A stretch of 64,000 nucleotides of DNA from Macrostomum lignano (lineage: Eukaryota): contig NIVC01000567.1 in NCBI GenBank assembly GCA_002269645.1, forward strand, positions 248,001 through 312,000. Direction: 5' to 3'. Below the pieces are notes generated by a model. The model searched no databases, was not told the origin of the DNA, and worked only from the letters and a program-made list of their open reading frames with translations. Positions 1 to 12,981 of this stretch are shown one piece after another. The translations under genes were made by a program, and so were the position numbers. Each line of letters begins with the position of its first letter. Position 1 is the first letter of the stretch.

Positions 1-340
1 CATGACCTTTCAGGTGTCTCCCATAGATTCCAAGATTGACACATTGAAATCATACACGACATTTTATGACCCAACTATTGATTTTTATGACCTTTGATGG
101 CCCATCGCTAATGCATGACATTGATATTGATGAACTATCAATTGCATCCTGCATTATTAGATGAGCTATCCCTATGACTCACTATTAATTTTGTACGACC
201 TATGACCTATCGATATTGCATGAGCTATGACTTATCATATTTTGCATGACCTCTTCTGACCTATCGATATTACACGAGCTGACTCATCATGAAAATTGAA
301 TGACTTTCTGTGACTCATTTTTATAATAGAAACAACTCAC

Positions 341-768
341 CCTTTCCATGGAGTCCTCAAAGTAGGCCAAATAGTAGAAGGCTACAGAGACTGCAGTAGA
401 GGACACTGAAGGTCGTCGAACTCTCAACAGTCGTTGAACTCCGCCTTGCAGTAGAAACTCGACAGAGAATTTCTTATGGCACAGCATAGCGCACAGTAGT
501 CGCAGAGCGTTAAATGTCAATCTTATATCCTTAGTAAGTCCAGGATCAATGTAATCGAATATCAATTGTACAGCCTGACACTCGAGCATCGGAGCTAGGA
601 CCTCTTGGTATTCGGCCATTGGCACTAGATAGGTGAGGTAGAGACGCTGCTGCATCTCTATAGTTAGCGGATGCAGACTGTAGGTCCCGATACTGCCAGC
701 TAGTACATCGCGAGTACTACTATTTGAACAATCGCCGTCAGTGAGTTGTAGAGATGCTGCACTCGAGG
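341..768 (-). CDS. DCAF1: DCAF1 coding exon 2; the gene continues beyond the left edge of the window
   Basis: Acceptor taattaactcAG at 770-769 and GTGAGT donor at 340; phases fit exon 1. IGTYSLHPLTIEMQQRLYLTYLVPMAEYQE...LCHKKFSVEFLLQGGVQRLL matches the DCAF1 armadillo-like region. Confidence 0.92.
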
Positions 769-1177
769 CTGAGTTAATTATAAATGTTTCATTTTATAAT
801 ATTTAGCACGTTAAATAAAATTAATTATAACAAGCACAGAATAACTAGCCGATATGTAGCGTAAATAACTTTGTAAAGCAAAAATACACAATTTACTAGT
901 AACTCGATCGACCAGCCGATATGTTGCGTAAAAAACTTTGTAAGGCAATAATAGACAACTAGTTACGTTATTGACTAGCCGATATGTAGTGAAAATAGCA
1001 TATTAAAGCAATTATTCATCTAACTACTGACTAGATCTTCTAGTTGATATGTAGCGAAAATAACTATCGCTGCAGTCGAGAAAAACTAAGATTTTAAAGC
1101 ACGACTGTTAAAACTAATTTTAGTAGGTAAAATTCAACCACAACCAAAGTGATTTTTTACATAAATTCAATACTTAC

Positions 1178-1802
1178 ATCCGTGAAGTAAATGCTGAGCA
1201 TTAACAGACAGCATTTCGTCTTTGAGCGCAATTAGCCGACGCAATAGCACGGGAATGAGTCGGGTATTGTGAGCCCGATAGCGGAAGACAATGTCCGAAG
1301 AGTCCAGAGCAAAGCCTAACAGATTTGCAGCATAGCAACTAGCCGGCAATGGAGCGTTATCAGCTAGCAGATATAGATAGTCAATCACTTCTTCATTCTC
1401 GGTGAAGGCGTGAAACGTGTCAATCGATTGCATAGCGGTAATTAGAAATCGCATAGCAACTATAGTTAACTCTTTAACATTCTCGCAATTAGGCTTGTCC
1501 ATTAGTATATAATGAAAAGCATAGCGAACAAAGACTTCATCCCAGCGGAACAAGACTTTGTACATCGCGGCCAGGGTGCTGTTAGGATTAGCTTTCGCGG
1601 GGCTGCGCTCGTCAAACGGATCTGGATCCAAATGGAAATAATTCTCAGTCTCCTGCTCTAACAGGGAACAGATTTCCAGCAGGGTTGGCACAGGGTTGTA
1701 ACCGGCTTGGTCTCGGCTGCGATGCCAGGCCTCAATGAGGGTGGCTGTGCGAGCAACTGAGCTGCTTGTGCTGCCCGCATTCTGCTGCTGCGCCTGCTGC
1801 AT
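1178..1802 (-). CDS. DCAF1: DDB1- and CUL4-associated factor 1 (VprBP), coding exon 1
   Basis: Translation (EQETENYFHLDPDPFDERSP...LIPVLLRRL) matches the DCAF1 N-terminus as I recall it (EKETEEYRKGDPDPFDDRHP...VAIVLRRL). GTAAGT donor at 1177; 625 nt, phase 1. Confidence 0.92.
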
Positions 1803-2999
1803 AGCTGTGTGCAGTTATGTATTGGTAAGCTATATAATTACAGTTTACAGTTTATTGGCAGCTTCAGCACAAACTGCCAATCAATTTACTCTTGTAAGTC
1901 AATACCAGTAGTGAAGTATAAATCATGAAGTAATAATAGTATTAAATGAAGAAGTATTTGAAAATCAAGATTTACATGCAAAATATTTACATATTTTAAA
2001 ATATTTTAAAATATAGACCAATATATCAATTATGTAATTCAGCAACTCAAATGTTTTTTATTTTTGATAGTCTAGTTTTATATAGCAAAACAACCTATTT
2101 GTTGCAATGTTGCATTAAACATTTAAACATAACTAAATGTTGCCTCAAGTAATAAAATGGTCAGATAATATCTAAGATTTACTTTTTATGTTGTTAAACA
2201 TGTCAAAATGCATTCTTTTATAGTTTGAATAGATTTGGCAAGATATTAAACTTGTCAAATGGTGCTTAAGTTTTTAAATATGCTTTATATTTGTATAACA
2301 TATCAATATTGTGCAAAGAAAATTAATATAATTTTGCTACTTCTTTTCCAATGTAGCAATTTTCCTAACCAACAATATATAAAATTCCAAATTATAAAAA
2401 TTTATTTAAAGTAGCATTCTACTTTAATTTAGTTTATAAGTATCAGTTGTACCTTTAGTACAATATATTTTTTATTTTTAGTATTTGGTATTAGATATTT
2501 TTGATAACAATATCTACAATAAAAATAATATAAATCATTCATCATATTTTCATTTATTTAGCTATCAATCATATTAATTGTCTTACAAGAACATAAAAAT
2601 GAAATATGAGATGTTTTTATAGTAGTTGAATTTTATAACAAACTATGTAGGGGTTTAATGAAAATAAAGGGAAGGAAAAAGGCTAGGTGGTGGTTCTTTT
2701 AATTTTTTTGTTATAATAGGCAGGAAATAAGAAAATGGGAGAGAGAGAAAAAGGTGAAGGGTTGGCAATGCGCCTGCCATTTATTTATAGACAAGCTATT
2801 GAAACCTGCCAATTTTGAACCCAAGGAACTCCATTCCCTAGAATTATTTTAGCATGTATTCTAAAGTCTGAGGTCAAACTCAAACAAAAACTTGTTAATA
2901 GTTAGGATTGAGTTAAACATAAAATAGTGTACATTCGTGTAAAATTAGGATTTGAGGCAAACATTGATATTGTTGGCTAGGGTGCTATATAGAATATCA

Positions 3000-3926
3000 G
3001 GCAAACTCTGCCTCTCCCTATGTCCCTTGCATCCTCTGAAACTTCCATCTTCTTTTCTGTTTCCTCTCTTCTCTCTTGTCTCTTCTCTCTTTCTCTTCTT
3101 ATTTTTTTTTTTTTCACTCTTCTGTCCTCTCGACCTCTCTCATTTCTTCTCTCATCTTTTCCCTCTCCCCTCTATTCTTATCTCTCTCCTCTCTTCTCTT
3201 CTCTCTGGTCTCTCATATCTCCTTTCTTCTTTTTTATCTCTTCTTATTTCTCTCTGCTCTCTACTCTCTCTTCCCTCTGCTCTCTGCTCTCTCTTCACTC
3301 ACCTCTCTTCTCACTCCTTACTCTACCCTCTCTCAACACTTTCCTTATCTCTACTTTCTCCTTTTTCCTCTCTTCTCTCAACTCTTTCCTTTCCTCTGTC
3401 CACTCTCTCCTCTCATCTCTTCTATTGTCTCTTCCCTCATCTCCCTTCTTTCTCGTCTTTGCTCTCTTATCTTTTGTTTCTCTTCTTTTATCTTCTCTCT
3501 CCTATTTTTTTTCTCATTTCTCTCTGCTCTCTCTCCTCTCCCCCCTCTCTCTCTCATCTCATCTCTCTGCTCTCTCCTATCCTATCTCTCTTCTCTCCCC
3601 TCTTTCCTCTTCTCTCTCGTCCTTTTCACCAATTTCCCCTGTCCTCTCGATTCTCTCCCTTCCCCTCCTCTCTCCTAACTCACTTCTCATTTCTCCCTTG
3701 TCTCCACCTCTCATCCCTTATTTCTTGTCTCTCCTCTTTTCTCTCTACTCTCCCATCTCTTGTCTGTTCAGTCTTGTTCCTGCTCTCTCATCTCCCCTCT
3801 CTTATCTGTCATCTTTACTCTCATGTTCTCTCACCTTTCTCCCCTTGTACTCCTCTCTTTCCCCTTTTTTTACTTAGGAGGACTTGATCCTTTCTTCTTT
3901 CTTCTCATCTCTTCTCTTCTCTCTTC

Positions 3927-3983
<57 letters not shown>

Positions 3984-4715
3984 TTCTCTCTCTCTCTCTT
4001 GTCTTCTCTCTTCTCTCTCACTCTCCTCTCTCCTCTCTTATATTGTCTGTTCATTCTCATCTTTGCTCTCTTATTCCCCTCTCTCTTCTGTTATCTCTAC
4101 TCTCCTCTCTACTGTGTACTCTTCCCTTTCCCCTCTTCTGACTCCTCTCTTTCCTTACTCCTCTCTTCTTTTCCCTCTTCTATACTCTCTCCCCTCTATT
4201 CTCTTTTCTTATCTCTCCGCACTCTGATCTCTCTTCCTTCATCTGTCATCTCTATTCTACTCTCTCATATTTCCTTTCATCTCACTCATCTCTACAATCT
4301 CATCTCTTTCCTCTCTCCTCCTCTTCCCTTTACTCTATCATCTCTCCTTTGTCCTCTCTTCTTTCTCAACTCTCTCTCTTATCTCTATCTTCTCTCTTCT
4401 CACTCGTCTCTCCCCCTCTTATATCCTCTCTTCTATCCTTTCTAATCCCCCCTCTCGATCCTCTCATCTCCTTTTTGTTCTCTCATTGCACTCTTCTCTA
4501 CTCTCCTCTCTCATCGATCCTCTGTCTCTTCTCTCCCCTCTTCTCTTTCCATCTTCTCATCTCTACTATTTCCTCTCCCTTCTCTCTCCCCTCCTCTTGC
4601 TTTTTTGTCCCATATTTTCTGCTCTCTCCTCAACCTTGTACGTCTTTCCTGTTATCTTCTATCTTTTCTTTTATCCCTTCTTGCCCCTCCTCCCTTTCTA
4701 AGTCTATTCCTTTTC
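3000..4715. repeat. Polypyrimidine (CT-rich) low-complexity tract with a pure (CT)n core at about 3930-3980
   Basis: About 1.7 kb, almost entirely C/T on the + strand; source of the spurious L/S/F-rich ORFs. Confidence 0.95.
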
Positions 4716-5399
4716 CTTTTCACTCTCATCTGGCCCATAGCCATGAGCTGGATTCTTTATCTGGCCTTTGAGATAAAAATCTGCCAATCCCTGCTTCGAA
4801 AGCCAGTTTGTGGGACTTAGTACTATCATGGTTGTTATCATATCTCATGCTTCAATCACGTCATCTTTCTGGTCAATTAGCAGCCCTGAGAGGAATTTGT
4901 ATATCTCCAGCTCCACTACCACAGTCTGCAGCAGTCTAACAACCATGGAAATACACATTTCTTAGGAGGCCATTTAAATTTTAAAGTCGTATGCGAATCT
5001 TGATGTTAAAATTTTCATGGTATAACTAATTTATTTTAGGATTACATTGTAATCAGTTATTCATTAATTTTACGATATTTTTACAAACCATCCCACATTG
5101 CCTTGATTTGCCATCCTTGTTTAACTGCTACAGACTTGTCTATTCAGAGGACAGTGGTTGAAATTGAATCTCTCGCTAAACTCTCTCTTCTCCACTCCAC
5201 GCCTCTCCACTTGCAGGGGTACAAAGAATGCTGTTAAAAATTTATTCTAAAACACTATAAATTTGCTATGTACATTGAGCCCTATCCCTGATTCTTTGTC
5301 TGGACTGGGGGAATGAGTGAGTTGAGTGCCACAAACAATAGAAAAAGCAGACAAACTTCATATACTTACAGTTTCTGTTCTAATTGAGTTACAGAGTTG

Positions 5400-5937
5400 A
5401 GACTTAACATTGAGACAGAATGAATCAATGAAGAATTGTGTCAAGTTTGAAGTCAATTGCTTCACATGGAGCAAACTTATGGCAGTCAAAAGATAGTCAA
5501 TTTTCGAACCCATTTTCCACATGTTGCCAGATAAGGAAAGAGGCAGGCAGGCAGAGGTTGGGGTGGCTGCCTTGCTGAAAAAAACAGTCTAATTTTAAAA
5601 GTGCACAGCACCTTTTAGGATCAACTTTGAGATTTAGAATTTTTACACGATTGTGTCAAAATAGTTTAAGATTGTCTGTGTCAAATTTGAAGAGAATTGG
5701 TAGAAGTGGAGCAATGCTATGGAGGATTTAGTGAAAAAATTGCACATTTTGAGCAGTTTTTTGTACTTTTAGGTAGGAAGACTTGAGTCTAGGAAATTTT
5801 AAGGTAGCCTAAGACACTTTCCATAGTAAGTTTAGGGTGGATATAAAGTTTGATGTCATTTGGTTGAGCTGTTTGGGAGTCCATAGCGATCAAAATTGTC
5901 CACAGACAGACAAAGTTTTCATTTTTATAGGTAGAGA
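5400..5937 (-). mobile_element. Non-autonomous Helitron-like (Lep1/HINE-type) fragment
   Basis: The - strand begins a|TCtctacctataaaaatgaaaactttgtctgtctg: a 5'-TC terminus followed by a TGTC microsatellite, typical of these elements. A related start occurs at 21686. The distal boundary is approximate. Confidence 0.4.
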
Positions 5938-6298
5938 TAATTAGCACTTTTTTGTTTGCTAGTAGTATATTGATAGCTTTTTAATTGAAATATGATTAAT
6001 AATAGGCCTGTATTTTTATGAAAATTCAAATATAAGTTTTACCAATATTTTTAATAGAAATAGAAAATATGGACAACATGGTCTGTTGACTCTCTGCATT
6101 GCAGCTGGCCAGGCCTCAGATTTTTGGTTTTTTAAATTCACATTAATATATTATTATTATCATTATATTATGACTCTAGTAAATATAAAACTATACTAAT
6201 ATATGTATGAAAATTGTTAATACTATTTTTTCCTTTACTTTTTACTAGGCCTATCATCTAGATAGATGTATAGGCCTAACTTATTATCTTATTGACTT

Positions 6299-7985
6299 TG
6301 TAGCATACTTTATAACTTTCCCGAAATTTCTTCAGATTTCTAAAAGTCAAAAACTATTTCCAGAAACTTCTTTGAGTTAGCAGCTAATCTATAACATACG
6401 CATATAAATAGTAAATAATTAATTATTACTTAACTATCAATGTTCTAATTATATTTACGTAATGTATATAATTAAAGAGTTATTTCGCTTTGTTAAAATT
6501 AGCTAAATCTTTCTAGAAATTTCCGGAAGGCAATAACAAAGCTATAAATACACGGCGGCAGCAGTGAAACAAATCACTCTCTCACTCTCCCCTTGTTTTC
6601 TCTTTGATCTAAGTTACGTTGGTAAATAACTAAATGAACCACCGCCTTGCTCTTATTCAATAATCAAATTAAAGAAAATTCAACAATGGTCCGGTGAGGT
6701 GTCGAGCGATCTCTTTCAGAATGCGTGTGCATACGCACGCCCGTGACCGCTCATCATGCCATCATTCGCAATCAGCACCGCCATCGCTACCAACGCCGAA
6801 ACATAGCACACCACTGTCTACTGCCCAGCGTCATCACTTCTCAGCGTGTCTCCCGTCGCCGTCATGTAATATAAATTTAGCTAAACTGTCGCCAACCTCC
6901 CTGTTCCCACATCTAAAAACGACACGGTATCTCATCGGTGACCAAATAAACTACGCCTACACGGGCTCACAAATGGCCATCCGATCGAGCCATCCGCGCA
7001 GCTACATGTATGACCTCCACGTATACGTACCAGCGACATCAACCGCAGCACCGCGCAGACGCGACATTAGCACTGGGTCTCACCGTTGCGAAAAACTCAA
7101 TTAGCAATCCACAATAAACCGGCTGGCACTACTGGCGAGTCTACACATTGCAACCTTCTACGAGGTTCCTCGATAAGCCTGTGGTCAACCAGCTGGCCTA
7201 ACCCGGACGACACCCATGAATCTTCTCGGTTCTGTTTCAGCCGCAGAGCGACTACCCACCTTGATCCCTGGCGCCTATCCGTAGTTCGGGAGTCGTCTGT
7301 CTGCAAACCGGCAATAACCCGCAGGTCGTTCCAAACTACAGCGACAAACTGCCATCCTGGAACAGTGCCGCAGAGACCACGGACTTGTTAACCGCCTTAA
7401 TGTACAATCAGTCTGAACTCCTCGACCGCAGTGCGAGCCCAGCTGCCCCTATCCGTCTCGCGGTGAACCCAGTCGTCATCTGTATTAATTTTCAGCAGCG
7501 TAATTTCAACCTAGACTTTATTCACGGTAACCCAGCATCTAATTAACATTAACTAACCGTCATACCTTAGGGACTCCGTCTCCCGTGGGGGGAACTGTTG
7601 TAGCGTACTTTATAACTTTCCCGAAATTTCTTCAGATTTCTAAAAGTCAAAAACTATTTCCAGAAACTTCTTTGAGTTAGCAGCTAATCTATAACATACG
7701 CATATAAATAGTAAATAATTAATTATTACTTAACTATCAATGTTCTAATTATATTTACGTAATGTATATAATTAAAGAGTTATTTCGCTTTGTTAAAATT
7801 AGCTAAATCTTTCTAGAAATTTCCGGAAGGCAATAACAAAGCTATAAATACACGGCGGCAGCAGTGAAACAAATCACTCTCTCACTCTACCCTTGTTTTC
7901 TCTTTGATCTAAGTTACGTTGGTAAATAACTAAATGAACCACCGCCTTGCTCTTATTCAATAATCAAATTAAAGAAAATTCTACA
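6299..7985 (+). mobile_element. Small non-autonomous LTR retroelement (TRIM-like size)
   Basis: Direct repeats of 387 bp at 6299-6685 and 7599-7985 with about 3 mismatches; TG...CA ends; ACTT target duplication (6295-6298 and 7986-7989); PBS-like TGGTCCGGTGAGG at 6687; G-rich PPT-like tract just before LTR2; TATAAATA inside the LTR. No gag/pol motifs recognised. Confidence 0.9.
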
Positions 7986-9510
7986 ACTTCACAATCATTT
8001 AGGCCTAGTATATTTTTATTCTTTCAAGTCATCATTTACAACTATTAAACAAGGCACAAAAAGTAAATAGGCCTAAGTAACCATTATACTACTAATGCTA
8101 CTTGCAATGAATTGTTTTATATAAAATTATTAATTAAAGTTAGGCCTAGAGAAAGAAACTAGGCATTGTTGTTTTATGCAAACTTATAAGATCTTTACTA
8201 ACCTTTATACTAAAGTGTCTATTTCTTTTAGATATTATTATTCTTTGTCAACCTTATAACTTAATTTTTTGCAAATTAGGCCTATATTAGGCTTACTTAA
8301 AGCTTAGCAATAGTAGTAGGCCTACCTTTGAATCTTTTTCTATTTTATTTTTTAAAGAGCTTCCATTGACCAAATTTTATTTACACCACAGGCCAACTAG
8401 ACCTAACAATATTACTTATTTCAAGATAGGCCTCAATGTTACAAGGCCAGGCCACGGAAATTTCCGTCGTACACCCGTCCTTCTGCACTATGGCAAGGCC
8501 TCCTACAGCTACAGGTAAGTCAGTCATTGCACTGTCAGCTATTGCACTGCAGCACTGCACTGAGCATGTATGGTCCCCTACAGCGCAGCTGCATTTTTAC
8601 TTAAGCTAATTTTAGTAAGTGTAAAATACATAGTTTAAAATTAAAGTCCGATTATAAATAAAATAGTTATAGTTAGCAAACAGGGTACATAAAACTTAAC
8701 ATAACACGCGGTAATGAAATAATTCGACCAAAAAAGGTTTTTGATTTTTTTTATAATTTAAGCAAGCTATCTAAAGTTTAAACAAGCAGTTTTAGCCTTA
8801 ATTTAGTATAGGCTATTTTTCTAGTTAAACGATTTGTAAGTATTCAATTAAATTATTTTTATTATTTTAATAGCCTGTTCGACAGTCTAACCACTTCAAG
8901 TTGTACTAAACTTTAGAAGGTTGAAGTATGCATGCAGGATTGCAGCTCATGGTTAGTGATTTCCAATCAGGCGGGGCGGCAGTAGGGCCCTGAGCCCCAA
9001 GTAATGCCAAAAGTTTTGGCTGTTTTGTTGTTTTTTTCAGTGTTTAGTTTTTATAAAAAGAAACTAAAAAAACTACCTGCCTCTCTTTCGAAGCACGCCC
9101 AGCAAAACAGTAAGTGTTATTTTTCTATAGGTAACAGTACGAAACTATTTAAAGTAAAACATTGATGAGATTGATGGGAGCTCTTTACGTGCACTAGTCG
9201 ATGTACATGTAGACCAACAACTCTCTAAAAAATAATCTTATACATTTTTATGTAACTACAAGTTATTGATTGCAACCATGTAGCCCACACGCCTTTTTAG
9301 TTGCAGATTGAGTATTAATACAATAATGCAACCTGCAGTACTAGCCTCTGCTGCATATAGTATCGTTACATGTATATGTACGTATTAGAATACTTTGCGA
9401 TCATTACCATCTAAACTTACATGTACATATGTAAACCAACTATTGTATCACATAACATGTTGTACATCTATTTACATGCAAACAACAAACATGCAACAAC
9501 TACAAAATAC

Positions 9511-10410
9511 GCTGCCAGCCAGTCAGGCGCGAGACAACGTCACAGGGCGCGACTAGGGGCCTGGGCGTGAACGTAGGCTGCACTGCCGGTAGTGTCCGGG
9601 GGGAGGGGCAGGAATTAGCCGGCAGCTAGGGCAGCCGATCCGAGTGTGCGCCTGACCCCGCAGGCAGAGTGCCTGCGGCGTTAGCAGCAGCACCGGTCTG
9701 CACCGGCTGCGGACAGTACATCTCAGCTTGGAAATACGGCCTGCCAGCTGGAGTAGTCGCCGACGGCGCAGCAGTTCGCTGGGACGGGACAGACCGGTGC
9801 GGCGATTCGCTTAGCTGATCTTGAAGGCGGCGCGCAGCAGGTCAGCGTGCGGGCCGCATCGACTTGCTGTTCGAGCGAATCCTTCAGCGTCCAGGTCTCG
9901 GCGTTGTACAATAGGACGGACGGTCTCGATCACCACCTAGAACGCCCGCCCTCTGGCGGTCAGGCAGGGCCTCGGACTGCAGGACAGCCGGCCTCACGGA
10001 ACGCGGAAGGCAGCCCAGGCAAGTCCACGGCGACGTCGCAGATCCTCGCGAACGTCCAACACCAGACCGCCGAGGTAGACAAACAGTTGACAGCGCGGAA
10101 GCCTCATCACCTGCCCATCTACGCCTCGGCAGAAAATAGCAGCCTTGATGTCGTCCGGCACACAGAGCACGACAGTCTTCTACGTGATGACCACCAGGCC
10201 GAAGCTCGCCGCAACGCTCAACAGCCGGTCCAGCTGGCGCTGGGCACCCTCAACGGTCGAGCCACGCGTCGCTGCAGCAGAAGCCATCTAAGGGATCGAG
10301 GGAAAGAAGGAAGAAGGGAGAGCCGTCTGCAGCATCGAGTCAAGCACCAGGATATACGGAACGGCGCCAGCGTATCTCCCTGAAGCACCTCACACTGCAG
10401 ATAATGTCTC
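9511..10410 (-). pseudogene. Decayed non-LTR retrotransposon RT fragment (RTE-like)
   Basis: Across frameshifts and stops the - strand reads VLQGDTLAP, AQRQLDRLLSVAASFGLV..KT, FVYLGG...RRRRGLAWAAF and LYNAETWTL. The YADD motif region is missing. Confidence 0.88.
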
Positions 10411-10938
10411 AAAAATGCATGCATCGACGCGAGTATACACTATACATGTACACTGAATCTGAATTGCATTGATTTGTAGCAATATGTCCTCGGCTAAACT
10501 GCATGTGCCCCTACCGCTGAAGTTTTGGGGCTCTTGTCTTAACTTTTGTGCCCCTATCTGAAGGTTCGTGGCCTCAGGTTTGGGGTAAGGGAAATAATTA
10601 AAGGTAAAATTATGGTCTCAAGGTAATGCCATGCACTGTCTTGAGGTCCGTGCTCAATGTTTTGAAATGCGATTCCATGCCGAACCGTGGCATGCAATTG
10701 CCACCTGCAATTCAATAAAAAAAGTATAATTATAAATCAATCTATACATGTACATTTTAACGACGTATTAAATACTACACCAATTAATCAAATTTATTTT
10801 GACGTTAATGTCTCCTCGCGAAAAGAGACCAATACAATGTATACATGTACAAGCGAGTGAACGCAGCACTCAATTCCTATAGCTTAACTGGCAGAAATGT
10901 AAAAAACAGGTCATAAAACACATACTAAAACAATCCGT

Positions 10939-11482
10939 TTAAACATCGACCACGCACATTGTCCGCTGGAACCTGGCACAATGTCTGCATCGCCAGCTCA
11001 ATCTGGAAAATTGTTCCATCGGAACCAAGCCACTGTGAGCACCACATAGACGGCAGATCAGAGCGAATTTGTCGTTATATTTTCCGGTGTTAGGCAGCAT
11101 AATGTTTTCGGCGTCGTTAATGACGAATGCGCCGCAATCCATTAGCCAGGAAAGACACCGAAGCCAAACTGGCTGATTTGACTGACTTCTCATGTACAGG
11201 TGCACCCGGTTAGAGGTACATGAACTCATCAGCTGATTCTGACTTCCCGGTTGCTTGATTTCGCTGTCGTCAGAATCGGCCCTGGCTACCGAAGCTTCGC
11301 TGCGATCATTGTTGCACTCTTTTTTACTATCGTGGTCCGCTAATGTTAAACCAAAAGCGACTAATATGGCAAGGACACCAAGAACAACAGCCGCGACATC
11401 CGTGATGTAGCTAGTTAGTGATTCCTGCGGTGGTAATGGAATGATTAAGCCTGATACAGATTGAATTGGAAAGTAGTTATTG
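10939..11482 (-). CDS. LNPK: Lunapark-like protein, last exon (TM segment plus C4 zinc ribbon)
   Basis: KFALICRLCGAHSGLVPMEQFSRLSWRCRHC aligns with the Lunapark motif RYALICQQCFSHNGMALKEEFEYIAFRCAYC. It is preceded by the hydrophobic VAAVVLGVLAILVAFGLTLA. Acceptor ctatctatAG at 11484-11483. Confidence 0.65.
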
Positions 11483-11484
11483 CT

Positions 11485-11850
<366 letters not shown>

Positions 11851-11915
11851 AGATTGCGTAATTATGCTCGCACGTAGATAAAACAATGCGGATTACAAGA
11901 CTATTGTCGACTTAC

Positions 11916-12004
11916 ATGCTAAATATAGCATTGTATACGGCTCGTATGATTGATAGTTTGTGGTCAAGGTTTAAAATCGTGACGCCAAGCAAGAATATGC
12001 CCAT
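11916..12004 (-). CDS. Lunapark-like protein, putative first coding exon
   Basis: MGIFLLGVTILNLDHKLSIIRAVYNAIFS followed by a GTAAGT donor at 11915. Phase 2 fits the 11482 acceptor, giving about 210 aa in total. Confidence 0.45.
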
Positions 12005-12117
12005 TAATTGACAAATGCTCAAACATGCACTGCATGGAAACAATATTTGAGCTCAGCTTTGACCTTAAAAAATTCATGAATGCAGAGTTTGATAGTTAAA
12101 CTCAGCTGCTGGAGGTC

Positions 12118-12413
12118 ATGGCTCATCAACCATGCCCCAGCCAAAGTCATGGCTCAAGCACAGCACCTGACAGATGCTCTGAAATTGTTAGAACTTTTCT
12201 TGTCAACCGACTGACTGACTTCACTGAGCGCCGAGCCTCTGTCCAGCTGATCCTGCTGAGAGTCATAGAAGTGGCCAAAACAAAGGAAACTAATTTTTAC
12301 AAAAGCAAAAACAAAAGCAACAGCCGAGTGGAAGAGCAAGTGGAAGTGTTGTCCAGTGCCGAAGAAAACCAAACAACAACAAGTGATGCAGTGAAGTCGG
12401 GTAACTGCACAGG
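12118..12413 (+). CDS. Orphan gene, coding exon 1
   Basis: Acceptor aaactcAG at 12104-12105, ATG at 12118, one open frame, GTGAGT donor at 12414 in phase 2. No family recognised. Confidence 0.5.
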
Positions 12414-12446
12414 GTGAGTTGATGTTGCAAAAATATGGACTTTTTA

Positions 12447-12468
12447 TGTCTGTCTGTCTGTCTGTGAC

Positions 12469-12557
<89 letters not shown>

Positions 12558-12560
12558 TAG

Positions 12561-12619
<59 letters not shown>

Positions 12620-12633
12620 ATGTCTGTATGTCC

Positions 12634-12692
<59 letters not shown>

Positions 12693-12693
12693 A

Positions 12694-12748
<55 letters not shown>

Positions 12749-12835
12749 ATGTCTGTATGTCCTGTCTGTCTGTCTCTCTGTCTGTCTGTCTGTCTTTTTG
12801 CCTGTGTGTGTCTGTCTTCTTAGTGTCTGTCTTGT
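12447..12835. repeat. (TCTG)n microsatellite (intronic)
   Basis: TCTG repeats with TATG variants. Confidence 0.97.
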
Positions 12836-12981
12836 CTGCATCTGCTGGGCCCAACTGTTCCGATATCTAGACATGCTCATCCATCTCTATAAACCTGGCA
12901 GGTGCCCCAGCTCCAGTAGTCCAGCGCGAACCATTGTCTACGCACCATCAGCCGTGCTGCAAGCGGCACATTCCTCAACTA

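Noticed and set aside
2952-4820. Many long L/S/F-rich ORFs
   Set aside because: They come from stop-free CT-rich low-complexity DNA and are open in several frames at once.
4730-4950. Possible LINE C-terminal remnant on the - strand
   Set aside because: The resemblance is only vague, there is an in-frame stop, and no diagnostic motif is present.
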